From: Eledone cirrhosa
Taxonomy: Eukaryota
Direction: 5' to 3'
NCBI GenBank assembly: GCA_964016885.1
Contig: OZ024760.1
Coordinates: forward strand, 33,728,001 to 33,792,000
DNA length: 64,000 bases
Shown here: piece by piece, positions 8,757-23,700 of the stretch
How positions within the stretch are numbered: position 1 is the first letter of the stretch
How the letters are laid out: each line of letters opens with the position of its first letter
Made by a program: the position numbers and the translations under genes
The notes under the pieces: generated by a model
Seen by the model: the letters and a program-made list of their open reading frames with translations, nothing else
Databases searched by the model: none
What the model was told of the DNA's origin: nothing

Positions 8757-11700
8757 TTGTTGTTGTGGTGGAAGTGTTGGTGATGTGATGGTTGTTGTTG
8801 TGGTGGTAGTGTTGGTGATGTGATGGTTGTTGTGATGGTTGTTGTGATGGTGGTAGTGATGGTGTTGTGAGGGTTGTTGTTGTGGTGGTAGTGTTGGTGA
8901 TGAGATGGTTGTTGTTGTGGTGGTAGTGTTGGTGTTGTGATGGTTGTTGTTGTGGTGGTAGTGTTGGTTTGGTGGTTATTGTTGTTGTGGTGGTAGTGTT
9001 TGTGATGTGATGGTTGTTGTTGTGGTGGTAGTGTTGGTGTGGTGGTTGTTGTGGTGGTAGTGTTGGTGATGTGATGGTTGTTGTTGTGGTGGTAGTGTTG
9101 GTGTGGTGGTTGTTGTTGTGGTGGTAGTGTTTGTGATGTGATGGTTGTTGTTGTGGTGGTAGTGTTGGTGATGTGATGGTTGTTGTTGTGGTGGTAGTGA
9201 TGGTGTAGTGATGGTTGTTGTTTTGGTGGTAGTGTTGGTGTGGTGGTTGTTGTTGTGGTGGTAGTGTTGGTGATGTGATGGTTGTTGTGGTGGTGGTAGT
9301 GTTGGTGTGGTGGTTGTTGTTGTGGTGGTAGTGTTGGTGATGTGATGGTTGTTGTTGTGGTGGTAGTGTTGGTGTGGTGGTTGTTGTTGTGGTGGAAGTG
9401 TTGGTGATGTGATGGTTGTTGTTGTGGTGGTAGTGTTGGTGTGGTGGTTGTTGTGCTGGTAGTGTTGGTGATGTGATGGTTGTTGTTGTGGTGGTAGTGT
9501 TGGTGATGTGATGGTTGTGTTGTGGTGGTAGTGATGGTGTTGTGATGGTTATTGTTGTGGTGGTAGTGCTGGTGTGGTGGTTGTTGTTGTGGTGGTAGTG
9601 TTGGTGATGTGATGGTTGTTGTTGTGGTGATAGTGTTGGTGATGTGATGGTTGTTGTTGTGGTGGTAGGGTTGGTGATGTGATGGTTGTTGTTGTGGTGG
9701 TAATGTTGGTTTGGTGGTTATTGTTGTTGTGGTGGTAGTGTTTGTGATGTGATGGTTGTTGTTGTGGTGGTAGTGTTGGTGTGGTGGTTGTTGTTGTGGT
9801 GGAAGTGTTGGTGAGGTGATGGTTGTTGTTGTGGTGGTAGTGTTGGTGATGTGATGGTTGTGTTGTGGTGGTAGTGATGGTGTTGTGATGGTTATTGTTG
9901 TGGTGGTAGTGTTGGTGTGGTGGTTGTTGTTGTCGTGGTAGTGTTGGTGATGTGATGGTTGTTGTTGTGGTGGTAGTGTTGGTGATGTGATGGTTGTTGT
10001 TGTGGTGGTAGTGATGGTGTTGTGATGGTTGTTGTTGTGGTGGTAGTGTTGGTGATGTGATGGTTGTGGTTGTGGTGGTAGTGTTTGTGTGGTGGTTGTT
10101 GTTGTGGTGGTAGTGTTGGTGATGTGATGGTTGGTGTTGTGGTGGTAGTGTTGGTGATGTGATGGTTGTTGTTGTGGTGGTAGTGATGGTGTTGTGATGG
10201 TTGTTGTGGTGGTGGTAGTGTTGGTGTGGTGGTTGTTGTTGTGGTGGTAGTGTTGGTGATGTGATGTTTGTGGTTGTGGTGGTAGTGTTAGTGTGGTGGT
10301 TGTTGTTGTGGTGGTAGTGTTGGTGATGTGATGGTTGGTGTTGTGGTGGTAGTGTTGGTGATGTGATGGTTGTTGTTGTGGTGGTAGTGTTGGTGATGTG
10401 ATGGTTGTTGTTGTGGTGGTAGTGTTGGTGTGGTGGTTGTTGTTGTTGTGGTGGTAGTGTTGGTGTGGTGGTTGTTGTTGTTGTGGTGGTTTTGTTGGTG
10501 ATGTGATGGTTGTTGTTGTAGTGTTGGTGATGTGATGGTCGTTGTTGTGGTGGTAGTGATGGTGTTGTGAAGGTTGTTGTTGTGGTGGTAGTGTTGGTGA
10601 TGTGATGGTTGTTGTTGTGGTGGTAGTATTGGTGTTGTGATGGTTGTTGTTGCTGTGGTAGTGTTGGTGATGTGGTGGTTGTTGTTGTGGTGGTAGTGAT
10701 GGTGTTGTGATGGTTGTTGTTGTGGAGGTGTTGGTGTTGTGATGGTTGTTGTTGTGGTGGTAGTGTTGGTGTTGTGATGGTTGTTGTTGTTGTGGTAGTG
10801 TTGGTGATGTGATGGTTGTTGTTGTGGTGGTAGTGTTGGTGTTGTGATGGTTGTTGTTGTGGTGGTAGTGTTGGTGTTGTGATGGTTGTTGTTGTGGTGG
10901 TAGTTTTGGTGTTGTGATAGTTGTTGTTGTGGTGGTAATGTTGGTGTGGTGGTTGTTGTTGTGGTGGTAGTGTTGGTGTTGTGATAGTTGTTGTTGTGGT
11001 GGTAATGTTCGTGTGATGGTTGTTGTTGTGGTGGACCTGTTGGTGATGTGATGGTTGTTGTTGTGGTGGTAGTGTTGGTGTGTTGGTTGTTGTTGGTGAT
11101 GTGATGGTTGTTGTTGTGGTGGTAGTGTTGGTGTGGTGGTTGTTGTTTTGGTGGTAGTGATGGTGTTGTGATGGTTATTGTTGTGGTGGTAGTGTTGGTG
11201 TGGTGGTTGTTGTTGTGGTGGTAGTGTTGGTGATGTGATGGTTGTTGTTGTGGTGGTAGTGTTGGCGATGTGATGGTTGTTGTTGTGGTGGTAGTGTTGG
11301 TGTGGTGTTTGTTGTTGTGGTGGTAGTGTTGGTGATGTGATGGTTGTTGTTGTGGTGGTAGTGTTGGTGATGTGATGGTTATTGTTGTGGTGGTAGTGTT
11401 GGTGTGGTGGTAGTGTTGGTGATGTATTGGTTGTTGTTGTGGTGGTAGTGTTGGTGATGTGTTGGTTGCTGTTGTGGTGGTAGTGATGGTGTTGTGATGG
11501 TTATTGTTGTGGTGGTAGTGTTGGTGTGGTGGTTTTTGTTGTGGTGGTAGTGTTGGTGATGTGATGGTTGTTGTTGTGGTGGTAGTGTTGGTGTGGTGGT
11601 TGTTGCTGTGGTGGTAGTGTTGGTGATGTGATGGTTGTTGTTGTGGTGGTAGTGTTGGTGATGTGATGGTTGTTGTTGTGGTGGTAGTGTTGGTGATGTG

Positions 11701-14700
11701 ATGGTTGTTGTTGTGGTGGTTTTGTTGGTGATGTGATGGTTGTTGTTGTGGTGGTAGTGTTGGTGATGTGATGGTTGTTGTTGTGGTGGTAGTGTTGGTG
11801 TGGTGGTTGTTGCTGTGGGATTTGTGTTGGTGATGTGATGGTTGTTGTTGTGGTGGTAGTGTTGGTGATGTGATGGTTGTTGTTGTGGTGGTAGTGTTGG
11901 TGATGTGATGGTTGTTGTTGTGGTGGTAGTGTTGGTGTGGTGGTTGTTGTTGTGGTGGTAGTGTTGGTGATGTGATGGTTGTTCTTGTGGTGGTAGTGTT
12001 GGTGTTTTGATGGTTGTTGTTGTGGTGGTAGTGTTGGTGTTGTATTGGTTGTTGTTGTGGTTGTAGTGTTGGTGTTGTGATGGTTGTTGTTGTTGTGGTA
12101 GTGTTGGTGATGTGGTGGTTGTTGTTGTGGTGGTAGTGTTGGTGTTGTGATGGTTATTGCTGTGGTGGTAGTGTTGGTGTGGTGGTTGTTGTTGTGGTGG
12201 TAGTGTTGGTGATGTGATGGTTGTTGTTGTGGTGGTAGTGTTGGTGATGTGATGCTTGTTGTTGTGGTGGTAGTGTTGGTGTTGTGATGGTTGTTGTTGT
12301 GGTGGTAGTGTTGGTGTTGTGATGGTTGTTGTTGTGGTGGTAGTGTTGGTTTGGTGGTGGTTGTTGTGGTCGTAGTGTTTGTGATGTAATGGTTGTTGTA
12401 GTGGTGGTAGTGTTGGTGTTGTGGTGGTTGTTGTTGTGGTGGTAGTATTGGTGTTGTGATGGTTGTTGTTGTGGTGGTAGTGTTGGTGTGGTGGTTGTTG
12501 TTGTGGTGGTAGTGTTGGTGATGTGATGGTTGTTGTTGTGGCGGTAGTGTTGGTGTGGTGGTTATTGTTGTTGTGGTGGTAGTGTTTGTGATGTGATGGT
12601 TGTTGTTGTGGTGGTGGTGTTGGTGTTGGGATAGTTGTTGTTGTGGTGGTAATGTTGGTGTGATGGTTGTTGTTGTGGTGGACCTGGTGGTGATGTGATG
12701 GTTGTTGTTGTGGTGGTAGTGTTGGTGATGTGATGGTTGTTGTTGTGTTGGTAGTGTTGGTGATGTTATGATTGTTGTTGTGGTGGTAGTGATGGTGTTG
12801 TGATGGTTATTGTTGTGGTGGTAGTGTTGGTGTGGTGGTTGTTGTTGTGGTGGTAGTGTTGGTGATGTGATGTTTGTTTTTGTGGTGGTAGTGTTGGTGA
12901 TGTGATGGTTGTTTTTGTGGTGGTAATGATGGTGTTGTGATGGTTGTATGTTGTGGTGGTAGTGTTGGTTTGGTGGTTATTGTTGTTGTGGTGGTAGTGT
13001 TTGTGATGTGGTGGTTGTTGTTGTGGTGGTAGTGTTGGTGTGGTGGTTGTTGATGTGGTGGTAGTGTTGGTGATGTGATCGTTGTTGTTGTGGTGGTAGT
13101 GTTGGTGTGGTGGTTGTCGTTGTGGTGGTAGTGTTGGTGATGTGATGGTTGTTGTTGTGGTGGTAGTGTTGGTGATGTGATGGCTGTTGTTGTGGTGGTA
13201 GTGTTGGTGTGGTGGTTGTTGTTGTTGTGGTGGTAGTGTTGGTGTGGTGGTTGTTGTTGTTGTGGTGGTTTTGTTGGTGATGTGATGGTTGTTGTTGTGG
13301 TGGTAGTGTTGGTGATGTGATGGTCGTTGTTGTGGTGGTAGTGATGGTGTTGTGATGGTTGTTGTTGTGGTGGTAGTGTTGGTGATGTGATGGTTGTTGT
13401 TGTGGTGGTAGTGTTGGTGATGTGATGGTTGTTGTTGTGGCGGTACTGTTGGTGTGGTGGTTGTTATTGTGGTGGTAGTGTTGGTGATGTGATGGTTGTT
13501 GTGGTGGTGGTAGTGTTGGTGATGTGATGATTGTTGTTGTGGTTGTAGTGATGGTGTTGTGATGGTTATTGTTGTGGTGGTAGTTTTGGTGTGGAGGTTG
13601 TTGTTGTGGTGGTAGTGTTGGTGATGTGATGGTTGTTGTTGTGGTGGTAGTGTTGGTGATGTGATGGTTGTTGTTGTGGTGGTAGTGTTGGTGTTGTGAT
13701 AGTTGTTGTTGTGGTGTTATTGTTGGTGTTGTGATGGTTGTTGTTGTGGTGGTAATGTTGGTGTGATGGTTGTTGTTGTGGTGGACCTGTTGGTGATGTG
13801 ATGGTTTTTGTTGTGGTGGTAGTGTTGGTGTGGTGGGTGTTGTTTTGGTGGTAGTGTTGGTGATGTGATGGTTGTAGTTGTGGTGGTAGTGTTGGTGTTG
13901 TGATAGTTGTTGTTGTGGTGGTATGGTTGGTGTGATGGTTGTTGTTGTGGTGGACCTGTTGGTGATGTGATAGTTGTTGTTGTGGTGGTAATGTTGGTGT
14001 GGTGGTTGTTGTTGTGGTGGTAGTGTTGGTGATGTCATGGTGGTTGTTGTGGTGGTAGTGTTGATGTGATGGTTGTTATTGTGGTGGTAGTGATGGTGTT
14101 GTGATGGTTAGTGTTGTGGTGGTAGTTTTGGTGTGGGGGTTGTTGTTGTGATGGTACTTTTGGTGATGTGATGGTTGTTGCTGTGGTGGTAGTGTTGGTG
14201 ATGTGATGGTTGTTGTTGTGGTGGTAGTGTTGGTGTGGTGGTTGTTGTTGTGGTGGTAGTGTTGGTGATGTGATGGTTGTTCTTGTGGTGGTAGTGTTGG
14301 TGTTGTGATGGTTGTTGTTGTGGTGGTAGTGTTGGTGTTGTATTGGTTGTTGCTGTTGTGGTAGTGTTGGTGATGTGGTGGTTGTTGTTGTGGTGGTAGT
14401 GTTGGTGTTGTGATGGTTATTGCTGTGGTGGTAGTGTTGGTGTGGTGGTTGTTGTTGTGGTGGTAGTGTTGGTGATGTGATGGTTGTTGTTGTGGTGGTA
14501 GTGTTGGTGATGAGATGCTTGTTGTTGTGGTGGTAGTGTTGGTGTTGTGATGGTTGTTGTTGTGGTGGTAGTGTTGGTGTTGTGATGGTTGTTGTTGTGG
14601 TGGTAGTGTTGGTTAGGTGGTGGTTGTTGTGGTCGTAGTGTTGGTGATGTAATGGTTGTTGTAGTGGTGGTAGTGTTGGTGTGGTGGTTATTGTTGTTGT

Positions 14701-17700
14701 GGTGGTAGTGTTTGTGATGTGATGGTTGTTGTTGTGGTGGTAGTGTTGGTGTTGGGATAGTTGTTGTTGTGGTGGTATTGTTGTGATGGTTGTTGTTGTG
14801 GTGGACCTGGTGGTGATGTGATGGTTGTTGTTGTGGTGGTAGTGTTGGTGATGTGATGGTTGTTGTTGTGTTGGTAGCGTTGGTGATGTTATGATTGTTG
14901 ATGTGGTGGTAGTGATGGTGTTGTGATGGTTATTGTTGTGCTGGTAGTGTTGGTGTGGTGGTTGTTGTTGTGGTGGTAGTGTTGGTGATGTGATGTTTGT
15001 TTTTGTGGTGGTAGTGTTGGTGATGTGATGGTTGTTTTTGTGGTGGTAATGATGGTGTTGTGATGGTTGTATGTTGTGGTGGTAGTGTTGGTTTGGTGGT
15101 TATTGTTGTTGTGGTGGTAGTGTTTGTGATGTGGTGGTTGTTGTTGTGGTGGTAGTGTTGGTGTGGTGGCTGTTGATGTGGTGGTAGTGTTGGTGATGTG
15201 ATCGTTGTTGTTGTGGTGGTAGTTTTGGTGTTGTGATAGTTGTTGTGGTGGTGGTAATGTTGGTGTGGTGGTTGTTGTTGTGGTGGTAGTGTTGGTGTTG
15301 TGATAGTTGTCGTGGTGGTAGTGTTGGTGATGTGATGGTTGCTGTTGTGGTGGTAGTGGTGGTGTTGTGATGGTTATTGTTGTGGTGGTAGTGTTGGCGT
15401 GGTGGTTGTTGTTCTGGTGGTAGTGTTGGTGATGTGATGGTTGTTGTTGTGGTGGTAGTGTTGGTGTGGTTGTTGTTGCTGTGGTGGTAGGGTTGGTGAT
15501 GTGATGGTTGTTGTTGTGGTGGTAGTGTTGGTGATGTGATGGTTGTTGTTGTGGTGGTAGTGTTGGTGATATGATGGTTGTTGTTGTGGTGGTAGTGTTG
15601 GTGATGTGATGATTGTTGTTGTGGTTGTAGTGATGGTGTTGTGATTGTTATTGATGTGGTGGTAGTTATGGTGTGGAGGTTGTTGTTGTGGTGGTAGTGT
15701 TGGTGATGTGATGGTTGTTGTTGTGGTGGTATTGTTGGTGTTGTGATGGTTGTTGTTGTGGTGGTAATGTTGGTGTGATGGTTGTTGTTGTGGTGGACCT
15801 GTTGGTGATGTGATGGTTTTTGTTGTGGTGGTAGTGTTGGTGTGGTGGTTGTTGTTTGGTGGTAGTGTTGGTGATGTGATGGTTGTAGTTGTGATGGTAG
15901 TGTTGGTGTTGTGATAGTTGTTGTTGTGGTGGTAATGTTGGTGTGATGGTTGTTGTTGTGGTGGACCTGTTGGTGATGTGATAGTTGTTGTTGTGGTGGT
16001 AATGTTGGTGTGGTGGTTGTTGTTGTGGTGGTAGTGTTGGTGATGTCATGGTTGTTGTTGTGGTGGTAGTGTTGGTGATGTGATGGTGTTGTGATGGTTA
16101 TTGTTGTGGTGGTAGTTTTGGTGTGGGGGTTGTTGTTGTGATGGTACTTTTGGTGATGTGATGGTTGTTGTTGTGGTGGTAGTGTTGGTGATGTGATGGT
16201 TGTTGTTGTGGTGGTAGTGTTGGTGTGGTGGTTGTTGTTGTGGTGGTAGTGTTGGTGATGTGATGGTTGTTCTTGTGGTGGTAGTGTTGGTGTTTTGATG
16301 GTTGTTGTTGTGGTGGTAGTGTTGGTGTTGTATTGGTTGTTGTTGTGGTGGTAGTGTTGGTGTTGTGATGGTTGTTGTTGTTGTGGTAGTGTTGGTGATG
16401 TGATGGTTGTTGTTGTTGTGGTAGTGTTGGTGATGTGGTGGTTGTTGTTGTGGTGGTAGTGTTGGTGTTGTGATGGTTATTGCTGTGGTGGTAGTGTTGG
16501 TGTTGGGATAGTTGTTGTTGTGGTGGTAATGTTGGTGTGATGGTTGTTGTTGTGGTGGACCTGGTGGTGATGTGATGGTTGTTGTTGTGGTGGTAGTGTT
16601 GGTGATGTGATGGTTGTTGTTGTGTTGGTAGTGTTGGTGATGTTATGATTGTTGTTGTGGTGGTAGTGATGGTGTTGTGATGGTTATTGTTGTGGTGGTA
16701 GTGTTGGTGTGGTGGTTGTTGTTGTGGTGGTAGTGTTGGTGATGTGATGTTTGTTTTTGTGGTGGTAGTGTTGGTGATGTGATGGTTGTTTTTGTGGTGG
16801 TAATGATGGTGTTGTGATGGTTGTATGTTGTGGTGGTAGTGTTGGTTTGGTGGTTATTGTTGTTGTGGTGGTAGTGTTTGTGATGTGGTGGTTGTTGTTG
16901 TGGTGGTAGTGTTGGTGTGGTGGTTGTTGATGTGGTGGTAGTGTTGGTGATGTGATCGTTGTTGTTGTGGTGGTAGTGTTGGTGTGGTGGTTGTCGTTGT
17001 GGTGGTAGTGTTGGTGATGTGATGGTTGGTGTTGTGGTGGTAGTGTTGGTGATGTGATGGTTGTTGTTGTGGTGGTAGTGTTGGTGATGTGATGGCTGTT
17101 GTTGTGGTGGTAGTGTTGGTGTGGTGGTTGTTGTTGTTGTGGTGGTAGTGTTGGTGTGGTGGTTGTTGTTGTTGTGGTGGTTTTGTTGGTGATGTGATGG
17201 TTGTTGTTGTGGTGGTAGTGTTGGTGATGTGATGGTCGTTGTTGTGGTGGTAGTGATGGTGTTGTGATGGTTGTTGTTGTGGTGGTAGTGTTGGTGATGT
17301 GATGGTTGTTGTTGTTGTGGTAGTGTTGGTGATGTGATGGTTGTTGTTGTTGTGGTAGTGTTGGTGATGTGATGGTTGTTGTTGTGGTGGTAGTGTTGGT
17401 AATGAGATGGTTGTTGTTGTGGTGGTAGTGTTGGTGATGTGATGGTTGTTGTTGTGGTGGTAGTGTTGGCGTTGTGATAGTTGTTGTGGTGGTAATGTTG
17501 GTGTGATGGCTGTTGTTGTGGTGAACCTGTTGGTGATGTGATGGTTGTTGTTGTGGTGGTAGTGTTGGTGTGGTGGTTGTTGTTGTGGTGGTAGTGTTGG
17601 TGATGTGATGGTTGTTGTTGTGGTGGTAGTGTTGGTGATGTGATGGTTGTTGTTGTGGTGGTAGTGTTGGTGTGGTGGTTGTTGTTTTGATGGTAGTGAT

Positions 17701-20700
17701 GGTGTTGTGATGGTTATTGTTGTGGTGGTAGTGTTGGTGTGGTGGTTGTTGTTGTGGTGGTAGTGTTGGTGATGTGATGGTTGTTGTTGTGGTGGTAGTG
17801 TTGGTGATGTGATGGTTGTTGTTGTGGTGGTAGTGTTGGTGTGGTGTTTGTTGTTGTGGTGGTAGTGTTGGTGATGTGATGGTTGTTGTTGTGGTGGTAG
17901 TGTTGGTGATGTGATGGTTATTGTTGTGGTGGTAGTGTTGGTGTGATGGTTGTTGTTGTGGTGGTAGTGTTGGTGATGTGATGGTTGTTGTGGTGGTAGT
18001 GTTGGTGATGTGATGGTTGCTGTTGTGGTGGTAGTGATGGTGTTGTGATGGTTATTGCTGTGGTGGTAGTGTTGGTGTGGTGGTTGTTGTTGTGGTGGTA
18101 GTGTTGGTGATGTGATGGTTGTTGTTGTGGTGGTAGTGTTGGTGTGGTGGTTGTTGCTGGGGTGGTAGTGTTGGTGATGTGATGGTTGTTGTTGTGGTGG
18201 TAGTGTTGGTGATGTGATGGTTGTTGTTGTGGTGGTTTTGTTGGTGATGTGATGGTTGTTGTTGTGGTGGTAGTGTTGGTGATGTGATGGTTGTTGTTGT
18301 GGTGGTAGTGTTGGTGTGGTGGTTGTTGCTGTGGGATTTGTGTTGGTGATGTGATGGTTGTTGTTGTGGTGGTAGTGTTGGTGATGTGATGGTTGTTGTT
18401 GTGGTGGTAGTGTTGGTGATGTGATGGTTGTTGTTGTGGTGGTAGTGTTGGTGTGGTGGTTGTTGCTGTGGGGGTTGTGTTGGTGATGTGATGGTTGTTG
18501 TTGTGGTGGTAGTGTTGGTGATGTGATGGTTGTTGTTGTGGTGGTTTTGTTGGTGATGTGATGGTTGTTGTTGTGGTGGTAGTGTTGGTGATGTGATGGT
18601 TGTTGTTGTGTTGGTAGTGTTGCTGTGGTGGTTGTTGTTGTGGTGGTAGTGTTGGTGATGTGATGGTTGTTGTTGTGGCGGTAGTGTTGGTGTGGTGGTT
18701 GTTGTTGTGGTGGTAGTGTTGGTGTGGTGGTTGTTGTTGTGGTGGTAGTGTTGGTGATGTGATGGTTGTTGTTGTGGCGGTAGTGTTGGTGTGGTGGTTG
18801 TTATTGTGGTGGTAGTGTTGGTGATGTGATGGTTGTTGTGGTGGTGGTAGTGTTGGTGATGTGATGATTGTTGTTGTGGTTGTAGTGATGGTGTTGTGAT
18901 GGTTATTGTTGTGGTGGTAGTTTTGGTGTGGAGGTTGTTGTTGTGGTGGTAGTGTTGGTGATGTGATGGTTGTTGTTGTGGTGGTAGTGTTGGTGATGTG
19001 ATGGTTGTTGTTGTGGTGGTAGTGTTGGTGTTGTGATAGTTGTTGTTGTGGTGTTATTGTTGGTGTTGTGATGGTTGTTGTTGTGGTGGTAATGTTGGTG
19101 TGATGGTTGTTGTTGTGGTGGACCTGTTGGTGATGTGATGGTTTTTGTTGTGGTGGTAGTGTTGGTGTGGTGGGTGTTGTTTTGGTGGTAGTGTTGGTGA
19201 TGTGATGGTTGTAGTTGTGGTGGTAGTGTTGGTGTTGTGATAGTTGTTGTTGTGGTGGTAATGTTGGTGTGATGGTTGTTGTTGTGGCGGACCTGTTGGT
19301 GATGTGATAGTTGTTGTTGTGGTGGTAATGTTGGTGTGGTGGTTGTTGTTGTGGTGGTAGTGTTGGTGATGTCATGGTTGTTGTTGTGGTGGTAGTGTTG
19401 GTGATGTGATGGTTGTTATTGTGGTGGTAGTGATGGTGTTGTGATGGTTATTGTTGTGGTGGTAGTTTTGGTGTGGGGGTTGTTGTTGTGATGGTACTTT
19501 TGGTGATGTGATGGTTGTTGCTGTGGTGGTAGTGTTGGTGATGTGATGGTTGTTGTTGTGGTGGTAGTATTGGTGTGGTGGTTGTTGTTGTGGTGGTAGT
19601 GTTGGTGATGTGATGGTTGTTCTTGTAGTGGTAGTGTTGGTGTTGTGATGGTTGTTGTTGTGGTGGTAGTGTTGGTGTTGTATTGGTTGTTGTTGTGGTG
19701 GTAGTGTTGGTGTTGTGATGGTTGTTGTTGTTGTGGTAGTGTTGGTGATGTGATGGTTGTTGCTGTTGTGGTAGTGTTGGTGATGTGGTGGTTGTTGTTG
19801 TGGTGGTAGTGTTGGTGTGGTGGTTGTTGTTGTGGTGGTAGTGTTGGTGATGTGATGGTTGTTGTTGTGGTGGTAGTGTTGGTGTTGTGATGGTTGTTGT
19901 TGTGGTGGTAGTGTTGGTGTTGTGATGGTTGTTGTTGTGGTGGTAGTGTTGGTTTGGTGTTGGTTGTTGTGGTCGCAGTGTTGGTGATGTAATGGTTGTT
20001 GTAGTGGTGGTAGTGTTGGTGTGGTGGTTATTGTTGTTGTGGTGGTAGTGTTTGTGATGTGATGGTTGTTGTTGTGGTGGTAGTGTTGGTGTTGGGATAG
20101 TTGTTGTTGTGGTGGTATTGTTGTGATGGTTGTTGTTGTGGTGGACCTGGTGGTGATGTGATGGTTGTTGTTGTGGTGGTAGTGTTGGAGATGTGATGGT
20201 TGTTGTTGTGTTGGTAGTGTTGGTGATGTTATGATTGTTGATGTGGTGGTAGTGATGGTGTTGTGATGGTTATTGTTGTGGTGGTAGTGTTGGTGTGGTG
20301 GTTGTTGTTGTGGTGGTAGTGTTGGTGATGTGATGTTTGTTTTTGTGGTGGTAGTGTTGGTGATGTGATGGTTGTTTTTGTGGTGGTAATGATGGTGTTG
20401 TGATGGTTGTATGTTGTGGTGGTGGTGTTGGTTTGGTGGTTATTGTTGTTGTGGTGGTAGTGTTTGTGATGTGGTGGTTGTTGTTGTGGTGGTAGTGTTC
20501 ATGTGGTGGTTGTTGATGTGGTGGTAGTGTTGGTGATGTGATCGTTGTTGTTGTGGTGGTAGTTTTGGTGTTGTGATAGTTGTTGTGGTGGTGGTAATGT
20601 TGGTGTGGTGGTTGTTGTTGTGGTGGTAGTGTTGGTGTTGTGATAGTTGTTGTGGTGGTAGTGTTGGTGATGTGATGGTTGCTGTTGTGGTGGTAGTGGT

Positions 20701-23700
20701 GGTGTTGTGATGGTTATTGTTGTGGTGGTAGTGTTGGTGTGGTGGTTGTTGTTCTGGTGGTAGTGTTGGTGATGTGATGGTTGTTGTTGTGGTGGTAGTT
20801 TTGGTGTGGAGGTTGTTGTTGTGGTGGTAGTGTTGGTGATGTGATGGTTGTTGTTGTGGTGGTAGTGTTGGTGATGTGATGGTTGTTGTTGTGGTGGTAG
20901 TGTTGGTGTTGTGATAGTTGTTGTTGTGGTGGTATTGTTGGTGTTGTGATGGTTGTTGTTGTGGTGGTAATGTTGGTGTGATGGTTGTTGTTGTGGTGGA
21001 CCTGTTGGTGATGTGATGGTTTTTGTTGTGGTGGTAGTGTTGGTGTTGTGGTTGTTGTTTTGGTGGTAGTGTTGGTGATGTGATGGTTGTAGTTGTGATG
21101 GTAGTGTTGGTGTTGTGATAGTTGTTGTTGTGGTGGTAATGTTGGTGTGATGGTTGTTGTTGTGGTGGACCTGTTGGTGATGTGATAGTTGTTGTTGTGG
21201 TGGTAATGTTGGTGTGGTGGTTGTTGTTGTGGTGGTAGTGTTGGTGATGTCATGGTTGTTATTGTCGTGGTAGTGTTGGTGATGTGATGGTTGTTATTGT
21301 GGTGGTAGTGATGGTGTTGTGATGGTTATTGTTGTGGTGGTAGTTTTGGTGTGGGGGTTGTTGTTGTGATGGTACTTTTGGTGATGTGATGGTTGTTGCT
21401 GTGGTGGTAGTGTTGGTGATGTGATGGTTGTTGTTGTGGTGGTAGTGTTGGTGTGGTGGTTGTTGTTGTGGTGGTAGTGTTGGTGATGTGATGGTTGTTC
21501 TTGTGGTGGTAGTGTTGGTGTTTTGATGGTTGTTGTTGTGGTGGTAGTGTTGGTGTTGTATTGGTTGTTGTTGTGGTGGTAGTGTTGGTGTTGTGATGGT
21601 TGTTGTTGTTGTGGTAGTGTTGGTGATGTGATGGTTGTTGTTGTTGTGGTATTGTTGGTGATGTGGTGGTTGTTGTTGTGGTGGTAGTGTTGGTGTTGTG
21701 ATGGTTATTGCTGTGGTGGTAGTGTTGGTGTGGTGGTTGTTGTTGTGGTGGTAGTGTTGGTGATGTGATGGTTGTTGTTGTGGTGGTATTGTTGGTGATG
21801 CTTGTTGTTGTGGTGGTATTGTTGGTGATGCTTGTTGTTGTGGTGGTAGTGTTGGTGTTGTGATGGTTGTTGTTCTGGTGGTAGTGTTGGTGTTGTGATG
21901 GTTGTTGTTGTGGTGGTAGTGTTGGTTTGGTGGTGGTTGTTGTGGTCGTAGTGTTGGTGATGTAATGGTTGTTGTAGTGGTGGTAGTGTTGGTGTTGTGG
22001 TGGTTGTTGTTGTGGTGGTAGTATTGGTGTTGTGATGGTTGTTGTTGTGGTGGTAGTGTTGGTGTTGTGGTTGTTGTGGTGGTAGTGTTGGTGATGTGAT
22101 GGTTGTTGTTGTGGCGGTAGTGTTGGTGTGGTGGTTATTGTTGTTGTGGTGGTAGTGTTTGTGATGTGATGGTTGTTGTTGTGGTGGTAGTGTTTGTGTT
22201 GGGATAGTTGTTGTTGTGGTGGTAATGTTGGTGTGGTGGTTGTTGTTGTGGTGGTAGTTTGGTGATGTGATGGTTGTTGTTGTGGTGGTAGTGTTGGTGA
22301 TGTGATGGTTGTTGTTGTGTTGGTAGTGTTGGTGAAGTTATGATTGTTGTTGTGGTGGTAGTGATGGTGTTGTGATGGTTATTGTTGTGGTGGTAGTGTT
22401 GGTGTGGTGGTTGTTGTTGTGGTGGTAGTGTTGGTGATGTGATGTTTGTTTTTGTGGTGGTAGTGTTGGTGATGTGATGGTTGTTTTTGAGGTGGTAGTG
22501 TTTGTGATGTGGTGGTTGTTGTTGTTGTGGTGGTAGTGTTGGTGTGGTGGTTGTTGATGTGGTGGTAGTGTTGGTGATGTGATCGTTGTTGTTGTGGTGG
22601 TTGTGTTGGTGTGGTGGTTGTTGTTGTGGTGGTAGTGTTGGTGATGTGATGGTTGGTGTTGTGGTGGTAGTGTTGGTGATGTGATGGTTGTTGTTGTGGT
22701 GGTAGTGTTGGTGATGTGATGGCTGTTGTTGTGGTGGTAGTGTTGGTGTGGTGGTTGTTGTTGTTGTGGTGGTAGTGTTGGTGTGGTGGTTGTTGTTGTT
22801 GTGGTGGTTTTGTTGGTGATGTGATGGTTGTTGTTGTGGTGGTAGTGTTGGTGATGTGATGGTCGTTATTGTGGTGGTAGTGTTGGTGTGGTGGTTGTTG
22901 TTGTTGTGGTGGTAGTGTTGGTGTGGTGGTTGTTGTTGTGGTGGACCTGTTGGTGATGTGATAGTTGTTGTTGTGGTGGTAATGTTGGTGTGGTGGTTGT
23001 TGTTGTGGTGGTAGTGTTGGTGATGTCATGGTTGTTGTTGTGGTGGTAGTGTTGGTGATGTGATGGTTGTTATTGTGGTGGTAGTGATGGTGTTGTGATG
23101 GTTATTGTTGTGGTAGTGTTGATGATGTGATGGTTGTCCTTGTGGTGGTAGTGTTGGTGTTTTGATGGTTGTTGTTGTGGTGATAGTGTTGGTGTTGTAT
23201 TGGTTGTTGTTGTGGTGGTAGTGTTGGTGTTGTGATGGTTGTTGTTGTTGTGGTAGTGTTGGTGATGTGATGGTTGTTGTTGTTCTGGTAGTGTTGGTGA
23301 TGTGGTGGTTGTTGTTGTGGTGGTAGTGTTGGTGTTGTGATGGTTATTGCTGTGGTGGTAGTGTTGGTGTGGTGGTTGTTGTTGTGGTGGTAGTGTTGGT
23401 GATGTGATGGTTGTTGTTGTGGTGGTAGTGTTGGTGATGTGATGCTTGTTGTTGTGTTGGTAGTGTTGGTGTTGTGATGGTTGTTGTTGTGGTGGTAGTG
23501 TTGGTGTTGTGATGGTTGTTGTTGTGGTGGTAGTGTTGGTTTGGTGGTGGTTGTTGTGGTCGTAGTGTTGGTGATGTAATGGTTGTTGTAGTGGTGGTAG
23601 TGTTGGTGTTGTGGTGGTTGTTGTTGTGGTGGTAGTGTTGGTGTGGTGGTTGTTGTTGTGGTGGTAGTGTTGGTGATGTGATGGTTGTTGTTGTGGCGGT